Assembly: GCA_030704615.1 (NCBI GenBank)
Contig: CM060731.1
Span: forward strand, 248,001 to 312,000
DNA from: Takakia lepidozioides
Taxonomy: Eukaryota; Plantae; Bryophyta
Length of the DNA: 64,000 nt
Reading direction: 5' to 3'
In this document: positions 1 to 32,019 of the stretch, piece by piece
Layout of the letters: each line of letters starts with the position of its first letter
How positions within the stretch are numbered: position 1 is the first letter of the stretch
Notes under the pieces: model-generated
What the model was told of the DNA's origin: nothing
What the model saw: the letters and a program-made list of their open reading frames with translations, nothing else
Databases searched by the model: none
Position numbers and translations under genes: made by a program

Positions 1-111
1 AAAAATTCAAAAATCTATAATTATTATAAATAAAATTGATTTTCTATTTTTTCAGAATTAAATACTAAAATTTCTAATAAAACAATTCTAGCCTATTTGG
101 GGTGAGATTTT

Positions 112-590
112 TTGCAGAGTGTGATGGATGCTCATCAAGTGTTCAATGAAATGCCTGAGCGAGATGTGATCTCATGGAATGTGATGATTGCAGGACTAGC
201 TGAGGAAGGGCATAGCGGAGAGGCAATTGAATTCTTTCAGCGAATGCAACAGACAGGCATGAAGCCTAACAAGGTCACATTTATGAGCATCCTCAAAGCA
301 TGTGGCAGCCCAATAGCTCTGGAACATGACAAGCATTTCCATGCGAGCATCATCAAGGTGCCCCATTTCCCAGTGCGAGATCATGAGAGGATTTGAGTCA
401 AATCTCCTTATGGGCACTGCCCTTGTCAGCATGTACTGCAAGTGTGGGGATATGGTGGGTGCAAGCCAAGTGTTTGACAAAATGCCCAAATGTGATCTCA
501 TGGAATGTGATGATTGCAGGATTAGTTCAGCAAGGGCAATTCCAACAGACAACTGAATTCTGGCAACGAATGCAACGAGAAGGCTTGAAT
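112..590 (+). pseudogene. PLS-class pentatricopeptide repeat (PPR) gene fragment, frameshifted
   Basis: PPR motifs spread over three frames: AHQVFNEMPERDVISWNVMIAG, GFESNLLMGTALVSMYCKCG, NVISWNVMIAGLVQQG. No intact ORF. Confidence 0.9.
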
Positions 591-3315
591 CCAATGTTTG
601 CATGTACAATCTCTTTGTCTATGGGACTTCTGCCTCACATCTATTTTGAACATATACTTGTAGGAAACACCACATTACAAGGCAAAGTTTCTGTTCAGAT
701 TTACCATACTTCAGCAGCAAGTTATGTATACCAAGAGAGCATTTAGCATCAGGGTACCTCAACATTGCAGCAACCAGAAATCAATAAGAGTTTTTACTGG
801 CATGCAAGTGTGACAGATTTGTGCATCAGGTAGAAATGCTTTATGTTTAACAAGGTACATCAACATAGCAACCTGGCTATGCAATACATGCTGTCTATTA
901 TCAGAGTGTCAAATGGTAGCAAGATAAACATAGCGTCTCAGCTAGCTATACAAATTAAAGAAGAATTTATCGTCTCCACAATGGCTTGGCCATACTGCAT
1001 AACAGCGGGCAAAATCTGGGGCAAACGAGCGGTGGGAATTTCTCGCACGGCATCCCCGCTTGAAGGCGATGACGATCTGGAATTTCTTGGGCTTCCACTG
1101 CTGGAAGACACATTGTGCGGCAACATGACGGGCCCTCGAACATAACCATTTTAGCTAGTTACATGAATCAAGGAAGAATTGCTCATAAGGCCTAGTTACC
1201 TCAAAATATGCAGAATGCTAAAGCTAGTTGAGGTTTCATACTGGCATGAGACAGATTTCTGGAAGAACTAGGTATCAGGTATTGATGCCAGTCTTTCCAA
1301 AAGGTCTTAAAAACTCCAATTACTGATATATGCTCTTGGCATTTAAAAAATCTTGCTGGGATCTTATCTTCTGCAGAATGTTCGTGTAGGTCTTATGCAC
1401 TTGACGAAGCATCTCATGTTTTGGTGGATGCTAAGTCAGTGTAGAAATTCTTCATTGTACCAAAAACATTCCAATAACCTGTCATTTCTAGCCTTGACAG
1501 GTAAGTCCAAAGAGCCAGACATCCTTGAGACTCTCTAGATGTAAGGTACCCAAAGCAACTCAGCAGCCTGTCACATGTAGCTCTGACAGGTAAATCCACC
1601 GAGCCTAGCTATCATGGAACTTCTGCCGATGTTAGGCATTGGTATAATTGCCATATTGGTACCATATAACATGTCTGAAAGTTACCCAAAGTAGTTCAAG
1701 CTACTGTGAAAGATGGGTGCCTCCACACATACTTCCAGGTTTTGAACACCAAATCATGAAGAGGCATTAGGTAAACCAGGTTTTGGGTATGATTACCAGA
1801 ACCAGAAACTACAAAATCTCTAATTCAAGAGTGATAAACGCTAGAAGGAGATAAAGTCTTGAAGAACCATATTGTTCAACAAACTCAGCTGAACAGACGG
1901 TTGGTTGATGTGCTTGTTCCCTTCAGCGACATCGTGTGATCTCGCAAACTGAAAATCAACACGTCAAGTGGAAGTCCGAGACCTGCGCCCGTCCCAAAAA
2001 CCCCCACAAAAAATATTTTGTGTGTTAGCGAGGATGCGTCAGGTGAGCAATAGACTTCCACATTTGCTATCAATGTCCAACATGCAATTTTACAACAAAC
2101 ATAATCCTACGAGGTCAGGGAAGCAACCCAAATAGCAAAACACCTTTTTGACAGTTTGGGGAATCAACGCCATAGCTCCAAGACAGCGGAAAGTAGCTCA
2201 AGGTACTTGCAGACTGAAGATCAGCTGAAACAGTTCAAGGTACTTGCAAACTGAAGAGCAACAAAAACAATGAGACTACCTGCAATATTAAAGAGAATTA
2301 ACATGGAAGAGCGTCTTCCTGTTTAGTTTCACGAGCACCATCGTTCATAATAGCTCCAGGGAGGAATTAAACGTAGGGGGTCCTTAGAAAACCGAAACAG
2401 TAGGTAAACTGAACTGTTGCGTGATCCCCTCGGCTTGGCTACACCAGCAATCACTCTGACATGGAAGGGTGCCTTCCTGGATGTCGTGAAGATCGCTGAC
2501 GTCCATGAGGGAGGCATTCACGGATCCCCTTCAAAAAGCAGTAAGCATAACTGCTCGCATTACCTTCTTCGAGCTGCCATCGCGTAGGGACCTTCAAAGC
2601 GCGCAACAGATATGGTTTGCATTGACACTCATCCAGGCACATTATGCCATTTGTCCAATCCAGCATTGTTACCTCACTGACATTCTGTCAGTCGATGGAA
2701 TTCATTAAAAATAAGCTGAAACGGGCATAATCCGAGCATTCCTCATTACTGTAACGAGGAAAGCATGATGAAAGTGGGTTAAAACAGGATGAAGCCAAGG
2801 TGGAATTTCATCAGAGTATCATGAAACCATAAGGTTAAGTGTAAACAGGGATGAAACCAAGGTGAGTTTCAGCCATTTAGCACTAAAATTTTCAAAAAAT
2901 ATATATGGAAGTAGGTATTACTTAAACCATATGAGTATGGAGAGAGAGGGAGAGAGAGAGGGGGGCAAATAAATAAATAAATAAATAAGGTGGGGGGGGG
3001 GGGGGCAGTAGTAGGGTCTGCTGCTGCCAAGTCCCCCCCAACCTTCTGTTATTTTTTTTTGGTGAGCAGCACAAAAGAGAGGGAGAGAGGGAGAGAGGGA
3101 GAGAATGAGATAGGGGGCAAAGAAAAAGAAAAAAAGTGGGGGAAACCCCCTAGTGTCCCATCCCCCGTCCCCACCCCCTCTCCCTGCCCTTTAACTCAAA
3201 CAAAAAGGCAGCCCCCCCTAGCGACCCCCATCCGTCGCAAGGAAAAAAAACCCGTCGCAACCCCCCTTTGCCACACCCTGCCGTCGCATATCCCGCGCGC
3301 CCTTGGGCCCCCCAA

Positions 3316-3520
3316 TACATGCTGACAAGGGTGTTCCCTAGTAAAACGTCTGGCTCGAACCCACTCTTCATGATGTGATCATCAACCCCCTTCCCAACTG
3401 CCAGGGCTTGCGTTTCACCACACTCCTGCAAGAGACGGCCACAGGTCTCTGATTATGCCCCAAAACCTCTTTGCTCACTCCCATCCAATAGCTGCACTGC
3501 CTCCTTCAGCTGCCTCTCCC
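3316..3520 (-). pseudogene. 5' fragment of a PLS-class PPR gene
   Basis: LQECGETQALAVGKGVDDHIMKSGFEPDVLLGNTLVSMY, cut off by a low-complexity G/C-tract block (2940-3315). Confidence 0.8.
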
Positions 3521-3780
3521 ATGTTTTTCCACCACTGTATCTACTTCTTTCCTCCCCAGCTCCTCTTTGCCTGCGCCCTACAAGGAAAGCCAAGGTGATG
3601 GTAGCCGTGCCGCTCCCAGATCTCTCATGCCCAACAAATAATCCCGTCTAACTCCAGACTAAAACTCCACCACCCTGCATCATACCAACCCACCTGCGAG
3701 CTTTGATCCTCTAGGACAGGAAGTCCCAAAGGCACCGAAAGGCCATTTCAACGAACAACTGTGGAGATGCGTTGCACTGC

Positions 3781-3935
3781 AAAATTCAAGGAGACACAAG
3801 CTATACAACTCATCCAAATGCTAACTCTATGCTATCAATGTATGCAACTATCAGATACAAAATTTAAGGAGACACAAGCTACACAGTTCATCCAAATGCT
3901 AACTCTATGCTATCAATGTGTGCAACTATCAGATA
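3781..3935. repeat. 78-bp tandem duplication (2 copies)
   Basis: AAAATTYAAGGAGACACAAGCTA...GCAACTATCAGATA at 3781 and 3859. Confidence 0.9.
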
Positions 3936-4652
3936 TTGAGCTGTTCAGAGTCCATATACATCATGGCATACACCTCTCGCAATCTTCCAAAAATCAACCA
4001 CACACACCATTGCCAATTACTGCTATGATCAAAGGCAAAAAATTACTATCGCATTGTATAGCGCTGCAACCATCTCATATGCTACTGATGAGCTTTCAAT
4101 CAATTATCATGCTGCTATATCCAAATCCTACAGCAATCAAAATTGTTGTTTTATAGAACAACCATACACTGGGACAAGCATACCAGGAAACAAAATTGTC
4201 ATCACATTAACAAGCTGTCCTTAGGCACATCAATATGTGAGGCAGTTGCCTTCACAACGAGAAACCACACCTAAATGTCGAGTGCATATGCTACCCATCC
4301 TTGAAACCACTAACTACTACTCTGCTCAAAAGCAGTATCCACTGCTACACAATACACTAGAACTGTCATGGCTGCCACTAAAGGCCACACATGCACTTGC
4401 ACCACCACTACAAAAGCAGCCTATTGTACTTCGCTCAATAGAGCTCAATAGGTGCCTTGCGGTCAAAGATGCTTTGTGGAATTCCCTGCAGGGGTTAGCT
4501 GCAATCAAAGGAGGACTACCAAAACCTCTAATCAGCGCCTGCCTGCAAGAGCCTCTCCACTCTCCCCTCTGCAATCTATGGTGACAGCCAACCCTGCCAT
4601 CGCGAGCGTCTGGAACCTCTTCGCCGCTGCTGCCGGATTTTTCATTGTTGAC

Positions 4653-4870
4653 CGAGATTTAACACCTCCATGGAGGAGGTGTTAAATCTCGCCCTCACCC
4701 CGTTACAGCGTTTAACAGCTGTTAGTCGGCCGGTTATCTAACCGGCTTCCTAATCGGCATGTGCGGCTGTCTACCTGCTGCTAACGTCAATTAATTAACT
4801 TGATTGACGTACTAATAGGTGGCCGGGGCCTTATTCTACACCAGGTGCGGCCAGGGCCTTGGCCCTGACC
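4653..4870. other. Cluster of five short inverted repeats
   Basis: Perfect 17-bp stem 4653-4669/4675-4691; palindrome 4713-4724; 8-bp stems 4729-4746 and 4784-4810; 7-bp stem 4852-4867. Confidence 0.8.
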
Positions 4871-5999
4871 AGTATCTCATAAGGAAAGCCCGTCGAAATC
4901 ACTATGTTTACCAAGGGATTTTTGGAGCAATGCTTTAAACCGCAACATCTCCAATAGCTAACCTGTTTTCAGTCCAATAACTAACCTGTTTTCAGTTTCG
5001 ATGGCACCTGCCACAATTGATTCACGGTAAACCATCCAGATCGCAGTGTCCGTGGCGACCTCTATGCGAAAAGTCGCGTTGAAATTAAGTACAGCCTAAC
5101 ACCGGCTTGCAAATGGAAATCCGCCACAAGGAGTTAAGGTTGTGTCGAGCGAATAAAACCCTTCGCCAGGTCTGCGCCACTGCAACGTCCCACTCCCTGC
5201 CTTTCTGCCGTGCCCTAGCCTGCCTTGCCTTTCCTTGACACCCGGCCCCCTCCCCCCACCCCATTCACCATTATCACTCATACTATGTGCATATTCCCGA
5301 GTGTTTTGTCATCATTCTTTGATCAAACTGTGAAAAGGGGATTTCACTAGTTTTCTAATGCGCGAAGAGCGTTCCTTACTCTCTGGAGTTTTTTAAACTA
5401 CTTCCGACGTTTGTCATTGACACGCCTTTTCCTCTGTTTTCTTTTCACCTAAACCCAGTGGTCCTGTGTTGTCTCTTGTGCGGGCATTGTTTAAAACCTG
5501 TTTCGCTCAGGCAAGCCTGATTGTTTGTCTCTTGGCATACCGTTCTCATTTCACCTGGATGCACACATTGCCAAACACGTCGATGTGAAACATACGTGGG
5601 GCACGAGCAAAGTGGTAGATGGGTAAAGGAACTGCAGCAAGTTGGCGGGTATTGATTTGCGTTAATGAGTACAGCTTTGATTTATCTGGTTTTCTCCTTG
5701 AACTGCTTGATGAAATGAGTATGTAGACTTCGCCGAGGTGAAGTTGGCCAGGAAAATTGTGAACAAGGGTGAGCATTGAAGAGCTGACACACAGTGCCGC
5801 ATGACATAGATTATCATGTCACCACGGTAGCAATCTGATTATTCGGCCCTATTTCGTCATGTAGCGAAGAGCCAATTCAAACAAGCTGTTTCTGCTGTCA
5901 GGAAGGTGGATGAAATGATATTTGCTTATCTGCAGAGACACGACTTATGCAGAATGAGGTGAGGTGGCAGAACAAGTGGGTGGGCGTAAGGGGTGAAAA

Positions 6000-24419
<18,420 letters not shown>

Positions 24420-25378
24420 TAGCAGCGCACCCATGTGAACTAAACCTTCACTTCACTTGGGGCTGAGGGGAAGAATTCTCTGTATGTTGTTATACTCTCG
24501 TGCATCACGTCTTACAAAGTGGAAATCATTCCAAAGTTGACCATTCTCTACTATTGGAGAATCTAGGTCTTGTTGGATGGGATGGTAATGTGGTATAGTG
24601 AGTGGATAGTCACCAAGCAGCAGTAGAGGAAAATTATGTTGGTCCAAATTTGCATCTGTAGACAGTTCTAAAAGTACTTAGCAGCAAAGCCTTTGTTGGC
24701 TCTCTTTGTTGGCTCTCTTCATGCATCATGTTGAATTCAACGGAGAAAATGTGGTCAAAGGACCTTTACACTGTGTCAAGGCTGTGATTGGTGTGTTATG
24801 CTGCTGAGTCATGTCCCTTAGTTTCACCTACCCCTTATGTTTTGCCACAGCAAGAGGGCCCGTTGCTGTTTGAGGCTGGTTACTTTTGTACCTATACCTG
24901 ACCAACCCTGTACATTACCTTGTACCTGCACTTCGCATACACCTGATCAACCATTCTTACGGTACATCTATCACATTTTTAAGGGTATGCAGGTTTCAAG
25001 TAAATGCTCTAATCAAATCAGCAAAAGGGTGGGTACTGGGTCCAAAACGGAAAGTCACCTACCATCATTAACCCCTAACCGACGGAGTGATCCCTCCCCT
25101 TTCGGATCCCTCAGGTTTGCTCAGGTTCACTTAACCGCAGTTAACTTGCTCCTCCGATTGACCTGCTGTCAACTACACTTTGTGTAGCTTAGAGAGTTTG
25201 GCACTTTCCAATTGGCGCAGTGAGTGGCATGTCAGCTTGTAGACCATCCAAAGCTGGACTACTCAGGTTCTTCAGAAAGATGATGAAACCTTGTAAGACT
25301 TTATTTTCAACGTGTACAATGGGTGAACGTACATAGGATTAGAAGTTCCCAAAAGGGGGTGGGGGGGAGGAAAACAAG

Positions 25379-26460
25379 AGAAGAAAACAAAAAGCTATAG
25401 TAAGCTACTCAGTTAGAGAAGAAAACAAAAGCTATAGTAAGCTACTCAACCATAGAAGAAAACAAAAGCTGTAGTAAGCTACTCAACCAGAACGACCCTC
25501 CCAGCCAACAGCCTGGAGGAGATCAGGCAAGGAGATAGACAAAGTGTCAGGCATAGGGGGAAGATGATATAACGCGGAGCTAGCCACATCAGCCCGATGC
25601 AAAATAGATATGGCTTGTGCTATCTGCAAAGCAACTGAAACACGCTATCGATAGTAGGCGACAAGGACAGAGGCATGTGAGATGCCAGTGGACCCGCTCT
25701 TGGCTGCATGATGTACATATGTCCGCAGAAAATCGTCGAAGTGCAGGTGCAATGAGCCAAATATCTCGACCGCCAGCAGAAGAAATCTGTCAGTGGGGTG
25801 ACGATCGTTGTAGTCGCGCTCCTTGGCTTGAGCTGCTACAGTGGCTGCCATGCCTAGTGTGGTAGCTGCGCGAGATAGCAGATTCGCTCGAGTGGGGTCA
25901 GCGTGTAGAGTGGGACGTGAGCGTGGGTCGTAGATGTGGTTGTTCACGCAGTACATGATACCCTGCCTCCCGAGCAATAGATGTCACCGCATCGTGAACC
26001 ATATCATGAGACGCAGTGCGCTCACCACCACATGGGCAGCGGAGGAGGTGGATGACAAGGTCATCGATGGGCTGACGACAGACGCAGCGCTGAAGGCCCA
26101 ATGCCGAAGGATGAGACAAACCGAGTCGAAGATGGAGCGCAGTAGTGAAAATAAGGGATGAGAGGCAAAAATGTGCGATAGTGGGTCGTGCTGCCAACCA
26201 TGCCCCTGCTCCGGGTCCTGCGCATGATAGAAGTCAGGCCCGATGCAACTCAGAAGCAGCACTTGAGAGCATGCCGAAAACGGAATGACGGTGCACGCGC
26301 TCAGAAATGGACTCCTGAAGATGGTCGAGGCCTTGAGCAACCAACTGCTCAAATGGTGGTAGACATGCTCGCGCCAGTGCCAGAAGAAGATGTCGTGCAG
26401 AGCGGAGATGCTGCTGGAAGGGTAAAATGCCACTGTCGACATGTGCAACAGCGTCATACT
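25379..26460 (-). mobile_element. 3' fragment of a CRE-like (restriction-like endonuclease, RLE) non-LTR retrotransposon with a 3' tandem repeat
   Basis: CVC-x9-HLLRC finger, then SHD (RHD-like) and RLE-region motifs AAQAKERDY and FLLLAVEIFGSL. Three ~37-bp units AGAAGAAAACAAAAGCTATAGTAAGCTACTC at 25379-25487. Confidence 0.8.
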
Positions 26461-26612
26461 ATGTGTAACTCAACTTCTGAACAAGGGGCTACTTCATGAG
26501 AGAACAAACAAGTCTATGAAGAACGCAAGCAAATGCCCTATGGAGAAGAAAGCACAAGAACCATGAACTGCAAAGAGAAAGCATGGTATAGAGAGGAGAA
26601 ATGAGATACCAA

Positions 26613-26640
26613 CACTACAAGGAATCGCTGTTTTTCGCAC
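26613..26640 (+). mobile_element. Orphan CACTA left terminus
   Basis: CACTACAAGGAATCGCTGTTTTT resembles the TIR at 29223. No matching right end seen in the window. Confidence 0.5.
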
Positions 26641-27324
26641 CCGACTCGCGGTTGCGATTCTGTCCGAAATGACTGCACCTGTGACTTAAGGTTCTGAATG
26701 ACGACTTGCCAATCGTTGTAGGCAAATTTATGCCACGCTGGCATGGCGGATGAAGATCAGAAGTCGCGGAAACCACTACCGCCGATTTATAGGCCGATTT
26801 CTTAAAAACAGGAAAAAACATATTCTTTATATTATGAAAATTTGCAGTTGTTTTAACGACTGTGGGTTGGATCCTCCTTGGGACATTTTATTAATTGTAA
26901 CCCATATGACACTATTTCTTAACTACAATGACACGCGTTGATTTTCTAAAGAGTAAATGAGACTCTCTCTACTCCGTAAGTAGGGGTGAGGCGGCTGAGG
27001 ACTTAATGAGATTTGCAAGTCAGACGCGACCTCCATCTTGTCTTCCCTTCCCTCCTCATCTACTACGACAAGTGCATCTACTGCAACGAGTGCAGCCCCC
27101 TCTTCCTTCATACCCTTTTTCTTTTCGTGCATATCCGTTCTTGACTCAGAGATTCTGAAGCAGCCTTCTCTCGAGGTTTTCAATCCCAAAAGCTTCCTCT
27201 CTTCGCTCCCCTTAGCGTTAGCTCTTCACTCTGCATTCTTGGATGGCGTGTTCTTAATCCTTGGGAGTCAGGCGGTGCTTTCTCCTTCCCGCCCACTGCC
27301 ACCCCCTTTGTACATCGACACAGG

Positions 27325-27730
27325 AAGTACATCACCCATGTTTGTGTTTGCAATGCGTGTGCGATCCTGGCAGCCCTGGAAAAGAACAAAGAGGTCCATG
27401 CTGACATTGTCAAAGCTGGAATCGTACCAAATGTTGTTCTAAACACTGCTCTGATGAACATGTATGCGAAATGTGGGAGCATCAAGGATGCATAGGGAGT
27501 GTTGGACAATATGGCCGAACGAGATGTGAAGGAGATGTGATGTCTTGTAACGCCATGATCACAGAATATGCACAGGATGGAGGCTTTGGAGACTTATGAG
27601 CAAATGTTTAGGGAAGGGGTGAAGCCCAACAACATAATATTTGTTTGCGTTTGCAATTCGTGTGCAAGCCTGGCCACCCTCGAAAATGGCAAAGAGGTCC
27701 ATGGTGACATCGTCAAAACTGAAATTGTGG
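27325..27730 (+). pseudogene. PLS-class PPR fragments
   Basis: EVHADIVKAGIVPNVVLNTALMNMYAKCGS and EALETYEQMFREGVKPNNIIFVCV, with stops and frameshifts. Confidence 0.85.
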
Positions 27731-27749
27731 GACAATTGTTATTGCAAAG

Positions 27750-28495
27750 TGTGGCTTTTTCTTAATGTACGATGTGAAGAAGTTTGTCTATCCTCCATGG
27801 ATCATGAGACAAGGTCGGGAACACTGTGGTGAAGACACATTCTTCTTCAACCTATTTCAGCCTGTTTTGCCCTCTCACCAGACTCGGCCCTGAGATGCAT
27901 ATTGAATTTTGTAAGTTAGCTCTATGGGTGGATCTGTGGTGGTTTGGGGTGACTTTGACAGGTTTCTGCCGATATGGAAGCAAGAAAGTATCCAGAAACA
28001 GATTACAGAGATGAGGAGAAGAGTTGGAATGAACACTTTTCCAACCCCAGTAATGGTGAGACAATGGAGACACAAGGTGAATGCCCGTTGGACTTTGAGA
28101 GAAATAGATGCAATTCAGAATTGTAGCAAGTAGGGTTGGGGTGTTTGCTGGAAGAACTTCACGCCGTCAGTGTCGGCTGCTATTCACGTTATTAGTGTTG
28201 GATGTATTCATGATTTGTACACAGGCAGGGATAGCTGAAGGACCAGGGGTACATGTCCAGATTCACCAAGGGGGGCCGGATTTCAAACACAAGATTACTT
28301 CTGATTCCCTGTGGATCAATAGTTACAAGAAATCTGCGTGGATAGATGGTCAACTGGAAACAGCAACGGCAGCAGCACAATTGATAGTACAATGCACTGC
28401 TAATGAAGGCACCTTCTTCAATGCATTTCAACCTGTTTTTCCCTGTTTCCAGAGTCGGCCCTAAATTTCTGCAAGTTAGCTCATTGGTGGATCTA
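27750..28495. repeat. Dispersed cargo repeat shared with the Pack-CACTA interior
   Basis: 27750-27922 matches 30381-30425 plus 30646-30777. A third partial copy lies at about 28405-28485. Confidence 0.8.
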
Positions 28496-30789
28496 TGGTG
28501 GTGTAGGAGTGATTAGGAGCTCTTCAGGAGTTCTTTTGGGACACATTGTGTGTCAGAAAAGACAGCTTGTAGATCCTAGAAAGACAGAGGCTATTAAAGC
28601 CTCTCCATCACCAAATAACGTTAAGGCTCTAAGGAGATTCCTTGGACAAACCAGTTACTATAGAAGGTTTATCAGACGGTATGCACAGATGGCTGCACCA
28701 TTGAGTAAACTCTTAAAGAAGGATGCAAGGTTTGTATGGACAGCTGAATGCCAACAAGCCTTCGAGGAACTTACATTGTTGGACCAGTAACAACTACACC
28801 TGTGCTGATTAACCCACATTGGCATATGGTATTTCATGTACATTGTGATGCCTCAGGAGAAGCATAGGGAGTTGTGTTAGCACAAAATGTCATAGGAAAC
28901 ATAGACTCGTCTGTATACTATGCTAGCAGATTATTGAACAGTGCTGAAATGAACTATAGCACCACCGAAAGAGAAGCTTTGGCAATGATTTATTCAATCA
29001 AGAAGTTTAGACATTATTTGTTGGGAAGGAACTTCATGTTCTATGTGGATCATTAGGCTCTGATTTAGTTGGTGAACAAGCCTTTGATAAGCGGAAGGAT
29101 AGCAAGTAATTATACTGTATGAGTTTGAATTTGAAGTTGTTTACAAACCTGGACGTTTGCATCTTGTGGCAGATCACTTGTCACGCCTTTCAATAGGAGA
29201 ACCCACCACAAGGGTGGACGATCACTACAAGAAGAATTGGTTTTTGTCATAGAATGGGGTCAGATTTTGCACAATCCACGGATCATATGACACATGTGTG
29301 GACTAGAAAAAAGTGTGGCACAACCGGAGCTGATGTGTCACAACTTGTGTGGCTTAAGTCATACTAGAATAGTCAACGGTATGAACCTAGGGTTGACCCC
29401 TATATATTTTCCGAGTTGGCACCCTGGTAAAAAAAAACCAATGCCGCATGGCATGCCCTGATTCATCCAAGTTCTGAAATATCTGACTCAGCGTCTTACC
29501 CGCAAAAGGGGATGCGTGACATGAGCGTCCTAAGACAATGACAGTGACAATGACAATGACAGCTCATTATTGATGAGAGTGCGCCGATCCGGGGGTTTGG
29601 CGTCGCTTGTGTCTCCTGCTACTCCAGCTTTTCTTGCAACTCGTGCCTTTTCTGCTGCACCTCATGATAGGAGGGCCTTGTGGAGGAAGTGAAAGATTTC
29701 GGGGTTAATGGCTACGGCTCCATGATTGGTCTTATTCACCTTCAATTTAGATGACCTATCCTTCATCAGACGTTGAAAGGAATCCTCGACAGCGTGTGGA
29801 AGTTCGCCTTGCAGAGCAGGAGAGTCACATAACATACTTGGAGGACGAGAATCTAACCTTGAAAGAGCGCATGTTCTTGTTGCAACAGGAGCTTAATGAG
29901 CTGCGAAAAAGCGCAGATGGAGGCGGTGCACGGCGCTCACATTTTCCGAAATGGATTCAAGCCTAACGTTTTGCTGCACAACACCCTTGTCAACGTCAGA
30001 AAAGACTCGCCTTCCTCCCTGGTCGTTTTCAGAGACCACTCTACATTAATCTCCAGACTGCAAATTACATAAGCTGGGTCAGCATCTATGTAAGTCTGGA
30101 CATGTTCGTTGTTCATCATCGTGTAGAGCCCAATGGAGCGCAAAACAACTTGCATGAATGTTGTTGAAAGCTCACTAGCAACCCTCAGGACCTTGTCAAA
30201 ATGTTGATGCTGTCGGATTTTCGAGCACAAACCTCGGAGCAGACCTCGGAGCACGGAGCAGACCTGGCATGAGTTTTTTAAAGCTCCTTCACGATGGTGG
30301 GACAACCGCGGAGTACGGAGCAGACCTGACATGAGTTTTATAAAGATCCTTCACGATGGAGGGACAACCGCAATCGCAAGGTGTGGCTTTTTCTTAATGT
30401 ACGAGGTGAAGAAGTTCGTCCATCCTGCAAATATGGGCTCTTGGCTCCTGTTAGTACCATGATTTGGTATTCTTCCTGATGTTTACAAGGTTCTTGGGAG
30501 ATTCAGCTTGGTCTTAGCAGGCCGTGTTTCAATCTCTGCCCGATCAGCTGCACCGTGGTGGTTCTCACAGACCAATCCGACATTACCTGACTACAGACAC
30601 AAGCAGCACACACAAGAGGTCCTCTTGGGTTCATGGTCAGTCAAATCCTCCATGGGCCATGACACAAGGTCGAGAACAATGTGGTGAGGGCACCTTCTTC
30701 TTCAACCTATTTCAGCCTGTTTTTCCCTCTCATCAGACTTGGCCCTGACCTGCATATTGAATTCTGTAAGTTAGCTCGTTGGCTTCTGA

Positions 30790-31860
30790 AAGAGGATCAA
30801 GAGAAGGAGTCCATAATGCTCTTCTGGCTCTTCTGGACATGTGAAGATGCTTTGTGAGGCAGGGAGACTGAAAGAGGCTCTACAGACTTTAACCAAAGAG
30901 CATTTCAGCAGATTCAGATATGTATGTATGTCTCTTGCTTAAGTGCATCAAGATGAAAGGTCTGGAAGCTGGAAAGCAGGTGCACACCCACATTATCCAA
31001 AGTGGATTCATGCCAAGTGTTTTTCTCCTCAACACCCTTGTCAACATGTATGTTAAGTGCGGGAGCATCATGGATGCTCACCAAGTGTTCAATGGAATGC
31101 CTCAACGATCTTTGATCACGCGGAATACAATGTTGGCAGGATTTACCAAGCATGGGTGTGGTAGGAATGCTTTGGAGACATATGAGCAAATGCTGCGCGA
31201 GGGGGTGAAGCCCAACCACATCACATTTGTTTGTGTTTGCAATGTGTGTGCAAGCCTGGGAGCCTGGAAAAGAGGAAAGAGGTCCATGGCGACATCTTCA
31301 GAGCTGGAATTGTACCAATGTTATTCTGAACAATACCCTGGTGGACATGTATGCAAAATGTGGGTGCATCGAGGATGCAAAGGGAGTGTTCAACACTTTG
31401 GCTGAACGTGGAGTGCGATGCTTGCAGGGTATGCACAGCAGGGACGTGGGATGGAGGCTTTGGAGACCTATGATCAAATGATGCGGGAAGGGGTGAAGCC
31501 TGGCCACATCATGTTTGTGTGCATTTGCAATGCTTGTGCAAGCCTGCAAAGAGGTGCATGGGGATATCATCAAAGCTGAATTGTACCAAATCATTCTGAA
31601 CACTGCCCTGGCAGCTCTGGAAAAGGGGAAAGGGCGACATCTTCAGAGCTGGAATTGTACCAAATGTCATTCTGAACAATACCCTGGTGGACATGTATGC
31701 AAAATGTGGGTGCATCGAGGATGCAAAGGGAGTGTTCAACACTATGGCTGAAGGAGATGTGGTGTCGTGGAGTGCGATGCTTGCAGGATGTGCACAGCAG
31801 GGACGTGGATGGAGGCTTTGGAGACCTATGATCAAATGATGTGGGAAGGGGTGAAAAAGG
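30790..31860 (+). pseudogene. Captured PLS-class PPR gene 5' part with an internal duplication
   Basis: VKMLCEAGRLKEAL and GKQVHTHIIQSGFMPSVFLLNTLVNMYVKCGS; about 31290-31500 is duplicated at about 31636-31855. Confidence 0.88.
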
Positions 31861-32019
31861 TGAATGCCTGTTCGAATACAGAGAGTAGCAGATGCAATTG
31901 AGCATAGGAATTAGTGTGATAATTAGTTGAGTTGGGTGTTTGCTGGAACAAATCTAGGCTGTCATTGTCAGATGCTAGCAGCAAGGCAAGGATGTATGCA
32001 TGATCTGTGCAGAGACATG

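Noticed and set aside
843-2708. Possible minus-strand multi-exon gene
   Set aside because: Some splice-like signals, but no recognisable protein or consistent frame could be built.
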